From an uncultured Spirochaetota bacterium (GTDB taxonomy: Bacteria; Spirochaetota; Spirochaetia; SZUA-6; Fen-1364): a stretch of 64,000 bases of DNA. A program made the translations under genes and the position numbers. Shown piece by piece: positions 11,511-21,584 of the stretch. The notes below the pieces were generated by a model. The model was not told the DNA's origin, searched no databases, and was given only the letters and a program-made list of their open reading frames with translations. Numbering within the stretch: the first letter of the stretch is position 1; each line of letters begins with the position of its first letter. Location of the stretch: positions 352,001-416,000 of the forward strand of contig CAVTHO010000008.1 in assembly GCA_963734545.1 (NCBI GenBank). The letters run 5' to 3'.

Positions 11511-13107
11511 ATGACGAATCCACCTATGACGCACAAGGAATGGCCGTTTGTCGAGGCGCGGAGGATTGTCGAGCGGCTGCAGAAAATCGGCAAGACTTCC
11601 GTGACCGCGGAGACCGGATACGGACCCTCGGGGCTTCCCCACATCGGCACGTTCGGCGAGGTTGCCCGCACCTCGTTTGTGCTCCAGGCGCTGAAGACGC
11701 TTGCGCCCGAGATCGATTCCCGCATCATCGCATTTTCGGACGATATGGACGGCCTGCGCGAGGTGCCGAAAAACATTCCCAACGCCGCGGTGCTGAAGGA
11801 GCACCTTGGCAAACCTCTGACCGCCATCCCGGATCCTTATGGGGAAGAGAAGTCCTTTGCCCACTACATGAACCGCAAGCTGCGCGAGTTCCTCGACTCG
11901 TTCGGCTTCACCTACCAGTTCGCCTCCTCCACCGATACGTACGCTTCGGGCGTGTTCGACGAAGGGCTGCGAAAGGTCATGTCGCACTACGAAGCCATCA
12001 GCGAGCTTTTCAAGGCCAGCATCGCGGAGGAGAAGCGCGCCGCCTGGAGCCCCTTCTTCCCTGTCTGCCAGAACTGCGGGCGGGTGTACTCGACGCGCGT
12101 GACCGGGCTCGACGCAAAGACCCTGTCCGTCACGTACGCCTGTGACTCCCCGCTGCAGGGCAAGTATGCGGCGTGCGGGCACCAGGGAGCCACGAGCATC
12201 CTCGGCGGGAAGTGCAAGGTCGGATGGAAGGTGGACTGGGCCCTGCGCTGGTACTCCCTGGGCATCGACTACGAGATGCACGGTGAGGACCTGCTGGACT
12301 CCGCCCGCATGTCTTCCAAGATCGTGAAGATCCTCGGGGCCGAGCCGCCGGAGCTCTTCAAGTACGAGCTCTTCCTTGACGAGAAGGGGAAGAAGATCTC
12401 CAAGAAGCTCGGAAACGGCATCTCCATCGAGCAGTGGCTGCGGTTCGCTCCGGTGGACTCGCTCCTGTACATCATGTACGTGAAGCCCCAGCAGGCCAAG
12501 AAAATGGGCCTGCCCATTCTGCCCGAGATCGTGGACCAGTACCTGGACCTCGTGGCGCACGACGACGGCGCGGAGGATTCTCCCGTGCCGTTCATTTCGC
12601 GGCTTTCCCGGGGCGCGCATGCGGGCAGGCTTCCCCACCAGAAGATCGTCACCTATTCGATGATCCTCGAGCTCGTCATGGCCCTCAGCCAGGACGACCC
12701 CCGTGTCGTGCGCGACTATCTCCTGCAGTACCAGCCGGACATCGCGGGCAACGTGGCGTACTACGACCAGCTCATCGAGGACGCCCTGGCCTACTACCGG
12801 GAAGTGGTGCTCCCTGCGCGCACGACGGAGAATGCGGACCACGACCTGGACGCGGCCGTGGCCGTGCTCCGGGACGAGCTTGTCCCGGCTCAAGGCAGCG
12901 GGGACAGCGACGGACGCCGACGCGCTCCAGACCATGGTGTTCCAGGTGGCCAAGGACAGGGAGATCCGGATGAAGGACTGGTTCCGCACGCTGTACCGCA
13001 TTTTCATCGGGCAGTCCCAGGGCCCGCGCATCGGGAGCTTCATCGCGCTGCTGGGGTACGCGAAATGCATCGAGCATCTGGAGACACACCTGGCGAAGGG
13101 AGGGTGA
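11511..13107 (+). CDS. lysS: Class I lysyl-tRNA synthetase; one frameshift near 12885
   Basis: WPFVEA, ETGYGPSGLPHIGTFGE (HIGH-like), KISKKLGN (KMSKS-like). The C-terminal WFRTLYRIFIGQSQGPRIGSFI is in another frame (ORF 12703..13107). Start could also be ATG 11526. Confidence 0.92.
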
Positions 13108-13112
13108 ATCCT

Positions 13113-14399
13113 ATGCGCTCCTCGTCGATGAGCGAGAAGACCGCGCAGAGCGCCGACAGAGTGCTGGACGGGAAAAGCAGGAAGAACCTCTTCAAGCGCA
13201 TCCTTCCGTTCATGGGACCGGCCTTCATTGCGAGCATCGCCTACATGGATCCCGGGAATTTCGCCACGAACATCTCGGGAGGCGCGCAGTTCGGCTTCAT
13301 GCTCCTCTGGGTGATCGTCGCAAGCAACCTCATCGCCATGCTCATCCAGACCCTCTCCGCCAAGCTGGGCATCGCCACGGGCATGAATCTCGCCGAGCAC
13401 TGCAGGGCGAGCTTCCCCCGGCCTTTCGTCTTCTTCCTCTGGCTCCTGGCGGAGATCGTGGCCATGGCCACGGACCTCGCCGAGTTCCTCGGCGCTGCCG
13501 TGGGGTTCTACCTTCTTCTTGGAATTCCGCTCTGGGTCGCGGGACTCCTGACCGCGGCCGCCACGTTCATCATTCTCAGCCTCGAGCGGTACGGCTTCCG
13601 GCCGCTGGAGATCGTCATCAGCGGGTTCGTCGGCGTCATCGCGGTGAGCTACCTCGTGGAAACCATTCTCGACAAGCCGCCCCTCGGGCAGGTGCTCTTC
13701 CATGCCGTGGTCCCGCAGCTCGCCGGCCCGGAAAGCATCCTCCTGGCCGTGGGCATCCTCGGCGCAACGGTCATGCCGCACGCAATCTACCTGCATTCCT
13801 CGCTCATGCAGAACCGCATCGTGGCCAAAGAGCCCGCAAAGCTGCGCCGGCTCCTGCGGTTCGAGATCGCGGATGTGACGATCGCCATGGGCATCGCCGG
13901 GCTCATCAACATGGCAATGCTCATCATGGCCGCGGCAACGTTTTTCAGCCAGGGCCTGACTCAAGTCGGCTCCCTGGAAGAAGCGCACAAGACCCTCGAG
14001 CCGCTCCTGGGCAAGGCGGCAAGCTGGGTATTTGCCGTGTCCCTGCTCGCCTCCGGTCTCTCCTCCTCGACCGTGGGCACCATGGCAGGCCAGGTGATCA
14101 TGCAGGGGTTTCTCAAGCGCCGCATACCCTCGTGGATACGGCGCCTGGCCACGATGATCCCGTCCCTTGTCGTCATATTCATGGGCCTGGACCCCACGCG
14201 TACGCTCGTCATCAGCCAGGTCCTGCTGAGCTTCGGGCTGCCGTTCGCCATCATCCCGCTGGTGATCTTCACACAGCGGAAAAAGACCATGGGCACGCTG
14301 GTCAACAAGCCCGTAACAACGGCACTTGCCGGAGCGGCCGCCGCGCTCATCGTGGTCCTCAACTTCTACCTGCTGTACCAGACCTTTTTTGGGAGGTGA
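13113..14399 (+). CDS. mntH: Nramp family Mn2+/Fe2+ transporter
   Basis: GPAFIASIAYMDPGNFATN, GATVMPHAIYLHS, SQVLLSFGLPFA motifs. Confidence 0.95.
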   Translation: MRSSSMSEKTAQSADRVLDGKSRKNLFKRILPFMGPAFIASIAYMDPGNFATNISGGAQFGFMLLWVIVASNLIAMLIQTLSAKLGIATGMNLAEHCRASFPRPFVFFLWLLAEIVAMATDLAEFLGAAVGFYLLLGIPLWVAGLLTAAATFIILSLERYGFRPLEIVISGFVGVIAVSYLVETILDKPPLGQVLFHAVVPQLAGPESILLAVGILGATVMPHAIYLHSSLMQNRIVAKEPAKLRRLLRFEIADVTIAMGIAGLINMAMLIMAAATFFSQGLTQVGSLEEAHKTLEPLLGKAASWVFAVSLLASGLSSSTVGTMAGQVIMQGFLKRRIPSWIRRLATMIPSLVVIFMGLDPTRTLVISQVLLSFGLPFAIIPLVIFTQRKKTMGTLVNKPVTTALAGAAAALIVVLNFYLLYQTFFGR

Positions 14400-14403
14400 T
14401 GCG

Positions 14404-15319
14404 ATGTTCAAGCATCTCCTGGTCCCCCTGGACGGTTCACGCTTGTCGGAGTCGGCCATCCCCGCCGCGGCGCAGATGGCGGCGCGCATGGACGCCGAGC
14501 TGACCCTCGTGCATGTCATAGAAAAGCACGCGCCCGCGGAGGTGCACAGCGACAGGCACCTGGTATCCGCCGACGAAGCGACTGCCTACCTGGAGGAGGT
14601 TGCGCGCCGCCCCGTGCTTGCCGGCCTGCGCGTGCAGACGCACGTGCACACGGCGGAGGTGAGCGACGTGGCGGACAGCATCACGGCGCACGCGGCGGAG
14701 CTCGCCCCTGACCTCGTGGTCATGAGCACGCACGGCAAAGGCGGCGCGCGCAGGCTCATCTTCGGGGCTATCGCCCAGCAGGTCCTCAGCCGGGGCGACA
14801 CGCCCGTCCTCCTGGTCCGGCCGTCGGAAGAGGCCGCCTCCGGGGCTTCCGGCCCGGCCGACACGTGGCACACGATTCTCGCTCCGATTGACGGGGATCC
14901 GGCGCACGAGAAAAGCCTGCCGGTCGCGGCGGACCTGGCCGCCGCTTTCGCCTGCCGCGTGCACCTCCTCATGGTCGTGCCGACCCTCGGGGAGCTGGCC
15001 GGCTCGCAGGCCGCGGCAGGGATGCTCCTCCCCGGTGCCGACCCGGATCAAGCTGGAGATGGACAGCGCGGCGGCGAGCGACTACCTGCAAGCAAAGGCG
15101 GAAGAGCTCGCGCGGGCGGGGGTGGCGGCAGGAAGCGAGGCTTCGCGCGGCGACCCGGCCCGGGCAATCGTGCGGGCCGCCCGGAAGCTGGCTGCGGACC
15201 TGGTGGTCATGGGCACGCACGGAAGGGCGGGCACGGTGGCCTTCTGGGAAGGGAGCGTGGCTGCGCGCGTCGTCTCCCGCACGCGCGTGCCCTTGCTGCT
15301 GGTGCCGCTCAAGGCGTAG
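14404..15319 (+). CDS. Tandem-domain universal stress protein; frameshift near 15040
   Basis: MFKHLLVPLDGS...DLVVMSTHG...PVLLVR, then a second domain ILAPIDG...DLVVMGTHGR...GSVA...PLLLVP. Confidence 0.9.
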
Positions 15320-15328
15320 CCGCGTTCC

Positions 15329-16669
15329 ATGCTCGAGCCGAAGAAAGACATGCGCGCCCTCCGCGCCATCCTGGCATGCCTTGCAGCGATTCTGCTTGGA
15401 TCGTGCGCGGGCATGCATTTCAAGGCGGCGCCTTCGGCGGCGCGCGCGGCCTCCTATCCGGCGGCGCGCTTTGCCGTTTTCAGCGACCCGCACCTTTTCG
15501 ACGAGAGCCTCGGGACGGATGACAGCGACCCCAAGCTCCTGCGGGAGAGCGGGGAGATTCTCTCCGCGGCCCTGCAACGTGTGAAGGACCTTTCGGTCAG
15601 CTTCCTGCTCGTGACGGGAGACCTGACCAGAGACGGCGAGCGCCAGGACCACCTGATCATGGCGCGCCAGCTCGCGGGCCTCGCGAGGGCCGGGGTCAAG
15701 GTGTACGTGGTGCCGGGCAATCACGATGTCCTCAACCCGCACGCAGCCCGCTTCCCTGCATCCGGAAAAGAGCGCGTCCTCACGGTCACGCCGGCTTCTT
15801 TCGCCGAGATCTATGCGGAGTGCGGCTACGCGGATGCGCTGATGAGGGACCCTGGCTCACTGAGCTATGTCGCGGAGCCGGAGCCGGGGCTGTGGCTCCT
15901 GGCCGTGGATTCCGCCAACTACGCGGAGAACATGCGGAATGGCAGGTCGACGGCAGGAGGGGGGCTCACTCAGGCGCGGATCGACTGGATCGAGACAGTT
16001 CTCGAGGACGCACAGCAGAAGGACAAGGCGGTGATCGTGATGATGCATCACGGGGTCCTGGAGCATTTCGCGGGCCAGGCGAGGTACTTCGGGGCCTACC
16101 TGGTCAACGGATGGCAGCAGGTCTCCGAAATGCTCGCCGCGCGCAACGTGCGCGCCGTGTTCACCGGACACTTCCATGCGCAGGACATCACGGTGAGAAA
16201 GATGAATGACGGGAAGCTCCTCTACGACATCGAGACCGGTTCTCTCGTGTCGTTCCCCATTCCCGTGCGACGCGTGGAAATCACAGCGGGGCAGAAGATG
16301 GTAATCACCTCCTCCTTCATCAAGGATCTGCCCTCTTTCGCCGCGCGCGGGGTCGATTTCTGGGAGTACGCCCGGGAAAGCCTGAAGCGGAGCATCGAGG
16401 GGACCGTTGCCCGGATGATGACCGGGGTCGGCGTCTCCTCGAAAGAGGCCTCCCTTGTCGCTCCCCAGGTCGCGGACGCGTCCCTCGCTCATTTTCGCGG
16501 AGATGAGAGCTTTGACGGCGCGCAGATGCTCAGCTCGAAGGGCCTTGGCCTGGTGGCCGACATAGTGGCGGGGAGCAGAAAGGACCTGGTCGAGGGCCTC
16601 TGGCACGACCAGGAGCCCGCGGACAACGACGTGACCCTCGACCTGGCGCCGGGGGTGACTCCGGAATGA
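15329..16669 (+). CDS. Calcineurin-like metallophosphoesterase, probable lipoprotein
   Basis: SDPH, TGDLT, PGNHD, MHH, TGHFH motifs; lipobox LLGS-C. Confidence 0.88.
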   Translation: MLEPKKDMRALRAILACLAAILLGSCAGMHFKAAPSAARAASYPAARFAVFSDPHLFDESLGTDDSDPKLLRESGEILSAALQRVKDLSVSFLLVTGDLTRDGERQDHLIMARQLAGLARAGVKVYVVPGNHDVLNPHAARFPASGKERVLTVTPASFAEIYAECGYADALMRDPGSLSYVAEPEPGLWLLAVDSANYAENMRNGRSTAGGGLTQARIDWIETVLEDAQQKDKAVIVMMHHGVLEHFAGQARYFGAYLVNGWQQVSEMLAARNVRAVFTGHFHAQDITVRKMNDGKLLYDIETGSLVSFPIPVRRVEITAGQKMVITSSFIKDLPSFAARGVDFWEYARESLKRSIEGTVARMMTGVGVSSKEASLVAPQVADASLAHFRGDESFDGAQMLSSKGLGLVADIVAGSRKDLVEGLWHDQEPADNDVTLDLAPGVTPE

Positions 16670-16691
16670 CCGGTCGCTGAACCGGGAACCG

Positions 16692-17174
16692 TTATTTCGC
16701 GGTGGAGAGCTGCTCCAGGGCTTCCCTGGCCCTGGGGACCGTATCTTCGGGCTTCACCTTGTACCAGGCGCGCAGGATGACGCCCTTTTCATCCACCAGG
16801 AATGACGATCGGATGATTCCCTCGTACGTCTTTCCATAGCTCGTCTTTTCGCCCCAGACCCCGTACGCGTCGGCGGTCTTGTGATCGATATCGGCAAGGA
16901 GCGGAAATCCGAGCGAGTACTTGATGTCGAACTTCTTCTGATCTTCCGGCGCGTCCGGGCTGAGCCCCAGCACGTCGACCGTGAGCTTCTTCAGATCCTG
17001 CTTCGCGTCCCTGACCGCGCACGACTGCGTCGTGCACCCCGGGGTATCTGCTTTCGGATAGAAATAGAGCAGCACCTTGCGGCCCCGGAAATCGGAAAGC
17101 CTGACCGTCCTGCCGTCCTGGTCGGAGAGTGAAAAATCAGGGGCCTTCTGGCCGCTGGTAAGCATCACGTCCAT
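16692..17174 (-). CDS. bcp: Thioredoxin-dependent peroxiredoxin (BCP/PrxQ)
   Basis: LYFYPKADTPGCTTQSC, YGVWGEK, RSSFLVD; AGGAGG RBS before ATG 17174. Confidence 0.93.
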   Translation of the reverse strand: MDVMLTSGQKAPDFSLSDQDGRTVRLSDFRGRKVLLYFYPKADTPGCTTQSCAVRDAKQDLKKLTVDVLGLSPDAPEDQKKFDIKYSLGFPLLADIDHKTADAYGVWGEKTSYGKTYEGIIRSSFLVDEKGVILRAWYKVKPEDTVPRAREALEQLSTAK

Positions 17175-17227
17175 CGAGATCCTCCTGGGCCAAATGTAAG
17201 GGGCGGGAACGGCGGGAGTCAAACAGT

Positions 17228-17294
17228 GGGACAGTAGTCCCAATCCGGGGGGACAGTAGTCCCGAATCCGGGGAGACAGTAGTCCCAACCCGGG
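17228..17294. repeat. Three tandem 22-23 bp palindromic units (GGGACAGTAGTCCC-AATCCGGG), REP-like
   Basis: Copies at 17228-17249, 17250-17272 and 17273-17294; the core is GGGAC-AGTA-GTCCC (GAGAC in copy 3). Confidence 0.85.
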
Positions 17295-17326
17295 GAGAGG
17301 CGGTCCGCCCGGCGGACGCGCCTCTC
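17295..17326 (-). terminator. GC-rich stem-loop downstream of the 17339..18022 gene (possible terminator)
   Basis: GAGAGGCG-GTCCGCC-C-GGCGGAC-G-CGCCTCTC inverted repeat; no U-tract. Confidence 0.5.
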
Positions 17327-17338
17327 ATGAGGCAGCGT

Positions 17339-18022
17339 TCAGGTGTGCGGCTGATCCGAGGAGGCCGGCGCGGTGACCGGTGTCGATTTGGCGAGTGCCG
17401 CGGTGAGTGCGTCATGGAAACTCTGAACCTGCGTCGTCGTCAGATCGAATGTCTTGTACGACGTCATGCGATTGCCGTACAGGTTGGTCACGGTGATGGG
17501 GAAAACCGTCTTGAAGGATTTCCCGTCATTGGTCACCGAGCAGATGACGATGAACGTGAGGTCCCTGAAGGGTCGGTACTTGTCGTTTCCCTCCGTCATG
17601 TCGAGGGTGCCCGAGTACAGCTCGAAATTGAACATTTTCGAGGGTGAAAGTGATTTGGGATCCATCGCGATGAACTGTTCGATCGCGGTCAGGAACTTCC
17701 TGCCCTGGTCGACGCTCAAAGAGGCTGTTTCACTCAAGTCGTAGTCCTTGACCGTTCCCTGCGCCTTGGACCCGAACCCGCCCTTGCCGCGCTGCGTGAA
17801 GAGCAGCATCTGCGCGTCTCCGCTCTTGTACGTTTCCCGGGAATAGAACACGCCGAGCATCGAGGCGTCCAGATCCACCTCGCTGACGAGCTCGATGTTG
17901 GAGGAAATGGCCCGCTCGCCGCGGGTTTCAGGGGCGCGAGACTGGTAGACGGAATTGCCGGCAGTGGCGCACGACGACAGGACCAGAACGCCGGCGGAGA
18001 GGATCACGAGCAAGACCTTCAT
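17339..18022 (-). CDS. Hypothetical lipoprotein
   Basis: MKVLLVILSAGVLVLSS-C lipobox; AAGGAG RBS; no recognised catalytic motif. Confidence 0.7.
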   Translation of the reverse strand: MKVLLVILSAGVLVLSSCATAGNSVYQSRAPETRGERAISSNIELVSEVDLDASMLGVFYSRETYKSGDAQMLLFTQRGKGGFGSKAQGTVKDYDLSETASLSVDQGRKFLTAIEQFIAMDPKSLSPSKMFNFELYSGTLDMTEGNDKYRPFRDLTFIVICSVTNDGKSFKTVFPITVTNLYGNRMTSYKTFDLTTTQVQSFHDALTAALAKSTPVTAPASSDQPHT

Positions 18023-18045
18023 ACATTCGCTCCTTTTGGTTTTTT

Positions 18046-18064
18046 TGTATCACAGCGTGATACA
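18046..18064. promoter_or_regulatory. Perfect palindrome TGTATCAC-N3-GTGATACA between divergent genes (candidate operator)
   Basis: 8-bp perfect inverted repeat in an AT-rich intergenic stretch. Confidence 0.55.
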
Positions 18065-18092
18065 GCGGGGACATTACCGCAAATTCCGGGGC

Positions 18093-18121
18093 TTGGTCAA
18101 CACGCGCGGCGGGTCTATACT
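18093..18121 (+). promoter_or_regulatory. Sigma70-like promoter giving a probably leaderless methyltransferase mRNA
   Basis: TTGGTC-N17-TATACT, ATG 18128 only 6 nt after the -10 box, no SD. Confidence 0.55.
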
Positions 18122-18127
18122 CCCGCG

Positions 18128-19301
18128 ATGCGTGCGGCGGGGATCAGCGTGCTCATCTATCGCGGTGACAGCCGGCGCATGACCGAACTCGAATCCGGCA
18201 GCGTGGAGCTGATCGTCACCTCGCCCCCGTACTGGCAGATAAAGGATTACGGTGTGCCCGGGCAGATCGGGCACGGCCAGGCACTGCACGCATACCTCCG
18301 GGACCTGTCGCTCGTGTGGGGAGAGTGCTTCCGCGTCGCGCGGGAGGGCGGCAAGGCTGTGCGTGAACATCGGGGACCAGTTTGCCCGCGCCAGCCTCTA
18401 CGGCCGCTACAGGGTCATCCCGCTGCACGCGGAGGTGATCTGCCAGTGCGCGGCCATGGGGTTCGACTACATGGGCTCGATCATCTGGCGAAAGAAAACA
18501 ACGATGCACACCTCGGGCGGGGCAACGGTGATGGGCTCATATCCTCATCCGCCCAACGGCATAGTCGAGATCGACTTCGAGTACATCCTCCTCTTCAAGA
18601 AACCCGGGACACCGAAGAAGAAGGAAGCGGCCTTGAAGAAGAGCGCTGCCATGAGCCGCGACGAATGGAAGAGCTGGTTCTCCGGCCATTGGGAGCTCGG
18701 CGGGGCGCGAAAAAAAGGTCACGAAGCTCCTTTTCCGGAGGAGATTCCGCGCAGACTGATACGCATGTTCAGCTTCCCCGGCGACACGGTGCTCGACCCG
18801 TTCCTGGGAACGGGCACGACGGCCGCGGTGGCGAGGGACCTGGGCAGGAATGCGATCGGCTACGAAATCAATGCCGAGTTCGTCCGCCTGGCCCTGGAGA
18901 GGCTTCATCCGGATGCCGTGTGCCGGGACACACGGCAGGCCGGCTCCCCCCGCGCGCGCGGTGCCTGGAAACCGAGGATACCGGACCTGGTCCCCGCCGA
19001 GGGAGGAAAAGCGCCGCCCCCCGGCCCGAAGCTCCATACCGTTGTTTCGGTGGCGCAGGATTGCTCGCTCGTGCTCGATTCCGGTCTGCGCGTGGTCCTT
19101 CTGGACCTGCTGGTTGCAGATCAGGCGGCGGCGCTCTCCTATCTGAAGCAGAGGGTGCTGAAGAAGAAGGTCTTCCTCCTGGACGCCCGGCCTGACGGAG
19201 ATTCCGTGGTACGGGCGCGCGTGGTGCTCAGGAACAGGATATCGATAAATGCCCAGCTCGTGAAATCGGGCGCCGCGACCAGGGTTACGGGAAAGGGGTG
19301 A
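18128..19301 (+). CDS. N4-C/N6-A DNA methyltransferase (beta class) with C-terminal SNase/thermonuclease-like extension; frameshift near 18350
   Basis: GDSR...LIVTSPPYW precedes HEAPFP...VLDPFLGTGTT...IGYEIN; C-terminus ends YLKQRVLKKKVFL...RISINAQLVKSGAA. Confidence 0.88.
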
Positions 19302-19831
19302 TCGCAATGGTGCACGGAATCGGGGACAAGATCCCCCGGGTGAAGGACGCGATCTTCACGGCATGGAACGCCGAAATCGCGGGAGAGGTCACCCTGGGGA
19401 GAGAGACGAGCGTGTGGTTCAGCGCGACGATACGCGCCGACATTGCGCCGATCACGGTGGGCCGGGGATCGAATATCCAGGACGGCGCCACCGTCCACGT
19501 CGATACCGGGCTCCCCTGCACCATCGGACAAGGCGTCACAGTGGGACATAACGCTGTCCTGCATGGCTGCACCGTGGGAGACGACTGCCTCATCGGAATG
19601 GGCGCCGTGATTCTGAGCGGCGCGGTAATCGGAAAGGAAAGCATCGTCGGGGCGGCTGCCCTCGTCACCGAGGGCAAGGTGTTCCCTGCGCGATCCCTCC
19701 TGGTGGGAAGCCCTGCAAAAGCGGTCAAGGCGGTTGACGACGCAATGCTGGAAAAGGTCCGGGCGAACGCGCGCGTGTATCTCGGCCTGGCGCGCCAGGC
19801 GTCGAAAGAGTACCGCGAGGTGAAGAAGTGA
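19298..19831 (+). CDS. Gamma carbonic anhydrase family protein
   Basis: IRAD, SNIQDGATVH, VTVGHNAVLHGC, hexapeptide repeats, GSPAK. Confidence 0.92.
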   Translation: MIAMVHGIGDKIPRVKDAIFTAWNAEIAGEVTLGRETSVWFSATIRADIAPITVGRGSNIQDGATVHVDTGLPCTIGQGVTVGHNAVLHGCTVGDDCLIGMGAVILSGAVIGKESIVGAAALVTEGKVFPARSLLVGSPAKAVKAVDDAMLEKVRANARVYLGLARQASKEYREVKK

Positions 19832-19844
19832 GATGACGGGAACG

Positions 19845-19869
19845 CGCCAGCCCGTGAAGAGGGCTGGCG
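19845..19869. terminator. Stem-loop between convergent genes
   Basis: CGCCAGCCC-GTGAAGA-GGGCTGGCG perfect 9-bp stem. Confidence 0.6.
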
Positions 19870-19884
19870 GGAGCTCGGAACCTG

Positions 19885-20424
19885 CTACTTGAACAGAACG
19901 GTGAAACGCGCGTTCACGTAGAGAAGAAAACCGAAGTTGTTCATGTTGTCGAAGGGAGCCAGGGCGATGGCCCCGCCGCTGAGCCGGAACCAGTCGTTGA
20001 CCTTGAAGCCGACATCGATCTGAGGAACGACCCAGGTCCAGCTGTTGTCGAGCAGCTGGTTCCCCAGGCCGAATGCGAAGAAGAAAAATCCGCCGAAGTC
20101 ACCGCGGATCACCACGGGATTCAGTTCTATCTCAATGAACGCGTTGGGCCACAAAACGTTTTCGACGATGAATGTCACGGCCTTGGCACCCACTCCGAAA
20201 CGTATGGGGCCTTCCCCGAACTGGTACGTTGCCTCGACCATGGGAAGGATGATCAGGTACTGGCCGATATCTGTACCTCCCGATATGCCCAGGTCTCCGA
20301 ATTTGATGCCTGCGTAGACCGGCCAGGCGACATCGAAATCGAGCCTGAACTGCGCGCCCGCGCTGAAGGCCACCGCGCACAACAGGACCGCAACCACAAC
20401 CATGACAATGAGCCGCCTCTTCAT
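19885..20424 (-). CDS. Predicted small outer-membrane beta-barrel protein
   Basis: AGGAGG RBS; signal peptide MKRRLIVMVVVAVLLCAVAFSAGA; aromatic-rich amphipathic strands; extended -10-like TGATATCAT on the minus strand at 20477-20469. Confidence 0.6.
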   Translation of the reverse strand: MKRRLIVMVVVAVLLCAVAFSAGAQFRLDFDVAWPVYAGIKFGDLGISGGTDIGQYLIILPMVEATYQFGEGPIRFGVGAKAVTFIVENVLWPNAFIEIELNPVVIRGDFGGFFFFAFGLGNQLLDNSWTWVVPQIDVGFKVNDWFRLSGGAIALAPFDNMNNFGFLLYVNARFTVLFK

Positions 20425-20523
20425 CTGATCCTCCTGGGCGCTGTCGTGCGGTACGTTTCCCAACAGGAATGATATCACACTTTGCCGCGCACGGCGTGAT
20501 GATATCTCACCGTGGGGCCGGGT

Positions 20524-20567
20524 GATTGTCACGTTATTGTCAACGCTGGCTGCTTTCCATTGTCAAC
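20524..20567. promoter_or_regulatory. Triple ATTGTCA(A)C box array at the 3' end of the DUF4325-like gene
   Basis: GATTGTCACG (20524), TATTGTCAAC (20535), CATTGTCAAC (20558); spacing 11 and 23 bp. Confidence 0.75.
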
Positions 20568-21578
20568 AACATGACGGATGACCGCCTCGATACCGGGCAG
20601 CACGTTCACCCGTTTCAAGGCCACACCCGGGTGCGCGTGCGCGAAAACCCGGAAAATCTCGTCGGCGAACCCTTGTCCTATCGATCGTACTCCTGCAAAG
20701 TCGAGAACGACCTCCCGAAATTGATCGAGCCGGGCGAGGAGCCGCTTTGCCTCCGAGCGCGAAACATACTCACCCGCGTAGAATCGCACGGTCACGAGGC
20801 TTCGCTCGAACCGGAACTCGAACTCCTCAGGCGCGAAAGAAGAGAACACATCCGTGAGCTTTCGCCGCGCCGAACGGCTCACACGCAGGGACACTTCGGT
20901 GCCGATGAGATACGCGCGCACGTTCACAAAAGTGTCTTTCTTCAGCGTGTCAAAGACGAGCTCGATCCTGTGGGACCGAAGGGCAAACCGGTCGCACGCC
21001 TTTGAGGTGAAGAAAATCCCTTCTCCGGCGTGCCGTTCCGGCATTGACGTGGCCTTGCCCTTGAGCAGCTCACCGATCGCTGCCTCCTCTTCGGCGAGGC
21101 GATGACGCTCGGCAACCGAGGTGAAAACACCCACTCCCTGATCCCTGATCCGGGCGTCCACCTGGCGGTCCGCCAGCGTGACGTCCACCGTGCACGTGGG
21201 TGAATGCGAGTGCTCGACGGCGTTGTTGAGCATCTCGGTGAAAGCATATGCGAAAATCTCGTATGCCGCGGCAGACAGGGAACGCCTGAGCGCGAGGCGC
21301 AGAGCCACGTCCGCGAGCACCTCGTCTTCCATCAGTCCGTCGATCCGGTACTTCCGATGAAATGGCTGTGCCGGCGGGGCCGCCTTGCCGCGGCGGTCGG
21401 GAAGGCGGTACTGGACCCCCCGGGTCCTTCCCGTGCGGGTCAACAGCCCCTCCTCCAGGAGCCGGACGAGATGCCGGTGCGCGGCCTGCCGTGACACGCC
21501 CAGGACTGCAGCGATCTGGGCGCCGGAGAGGGAGTGGCGCGAGCTCAGGGTCTTCAGAATCCGGCTCCTCATGTCCAC
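20529..21578 (-). CDS. Winged-HTH / HATPase_c / STAS-like (DUF4325-type) protein
   Basis: HTH IAAVLGVSRQAAHRHL; GHKL boxes FTEMLNNAVEHS, IRDQGVG, HAGEGIFFTSK, GTEV; C-terminal YVSRSEAKRLL...VVLDFAGVRSIGQGFADEIFRVF. Start GTG 21578 or ATG 21572. Confidence 0.85.
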   Translation of the reverse strand: MDMRSRILKTLSSRHSLSGAQIAAVLGVSRQAAHRHLVRLLEEGLLTRTGRTRGVQYRLPDRRGKAAPPAQPFHRKYRIDGLMEDEVLADVALRLALRRSLSAAAYEIFAYAFTEMLNNAVEHSHSPTCTVDVTLADRQVDARIRDQGVGVFTSVAERHRLAEEEAAIGELLKGKATSMPERHAGEGIFFTSKACDRFALRSHRIELVFDTLKKDTFVNVRAYLIGTEVSLRVSRSARRKLTDVFSSFAPEEFEFRFERSLVTVRFYAGEYVSRSEAKRLLARLDQFREVVLDFAGVRSIGQGFADEIFRVFAHAHPGVALKRVNVLPGIEAVIRHVVDNGKQPALTIT

Positions 21579-21584
21579 CGTCTG

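Noticed and set aside
11448-14399. 983-aa apparent LysRS-MntH fusion ORF
   Set aside because: The LysRS C-terminus lies in another frame with its own stop at 13107, and mntH has its own RBS and ATG; an indel near 12885 explains the fusion
10869-14519. Long antisense ORFs (1216 aa here; also 22855..25329, 45881..47077 and others)
   Set aside because: Shadow ORFs typical of high-GC DNA, lying opposite well-supported genes and lacking recognisable motifs
17228-17294. Mini CRISPR array
   Set aside because: Units are directly tandem with 8-9 bp near-identical linkers, there are no unique spacers, and no cas genes are present
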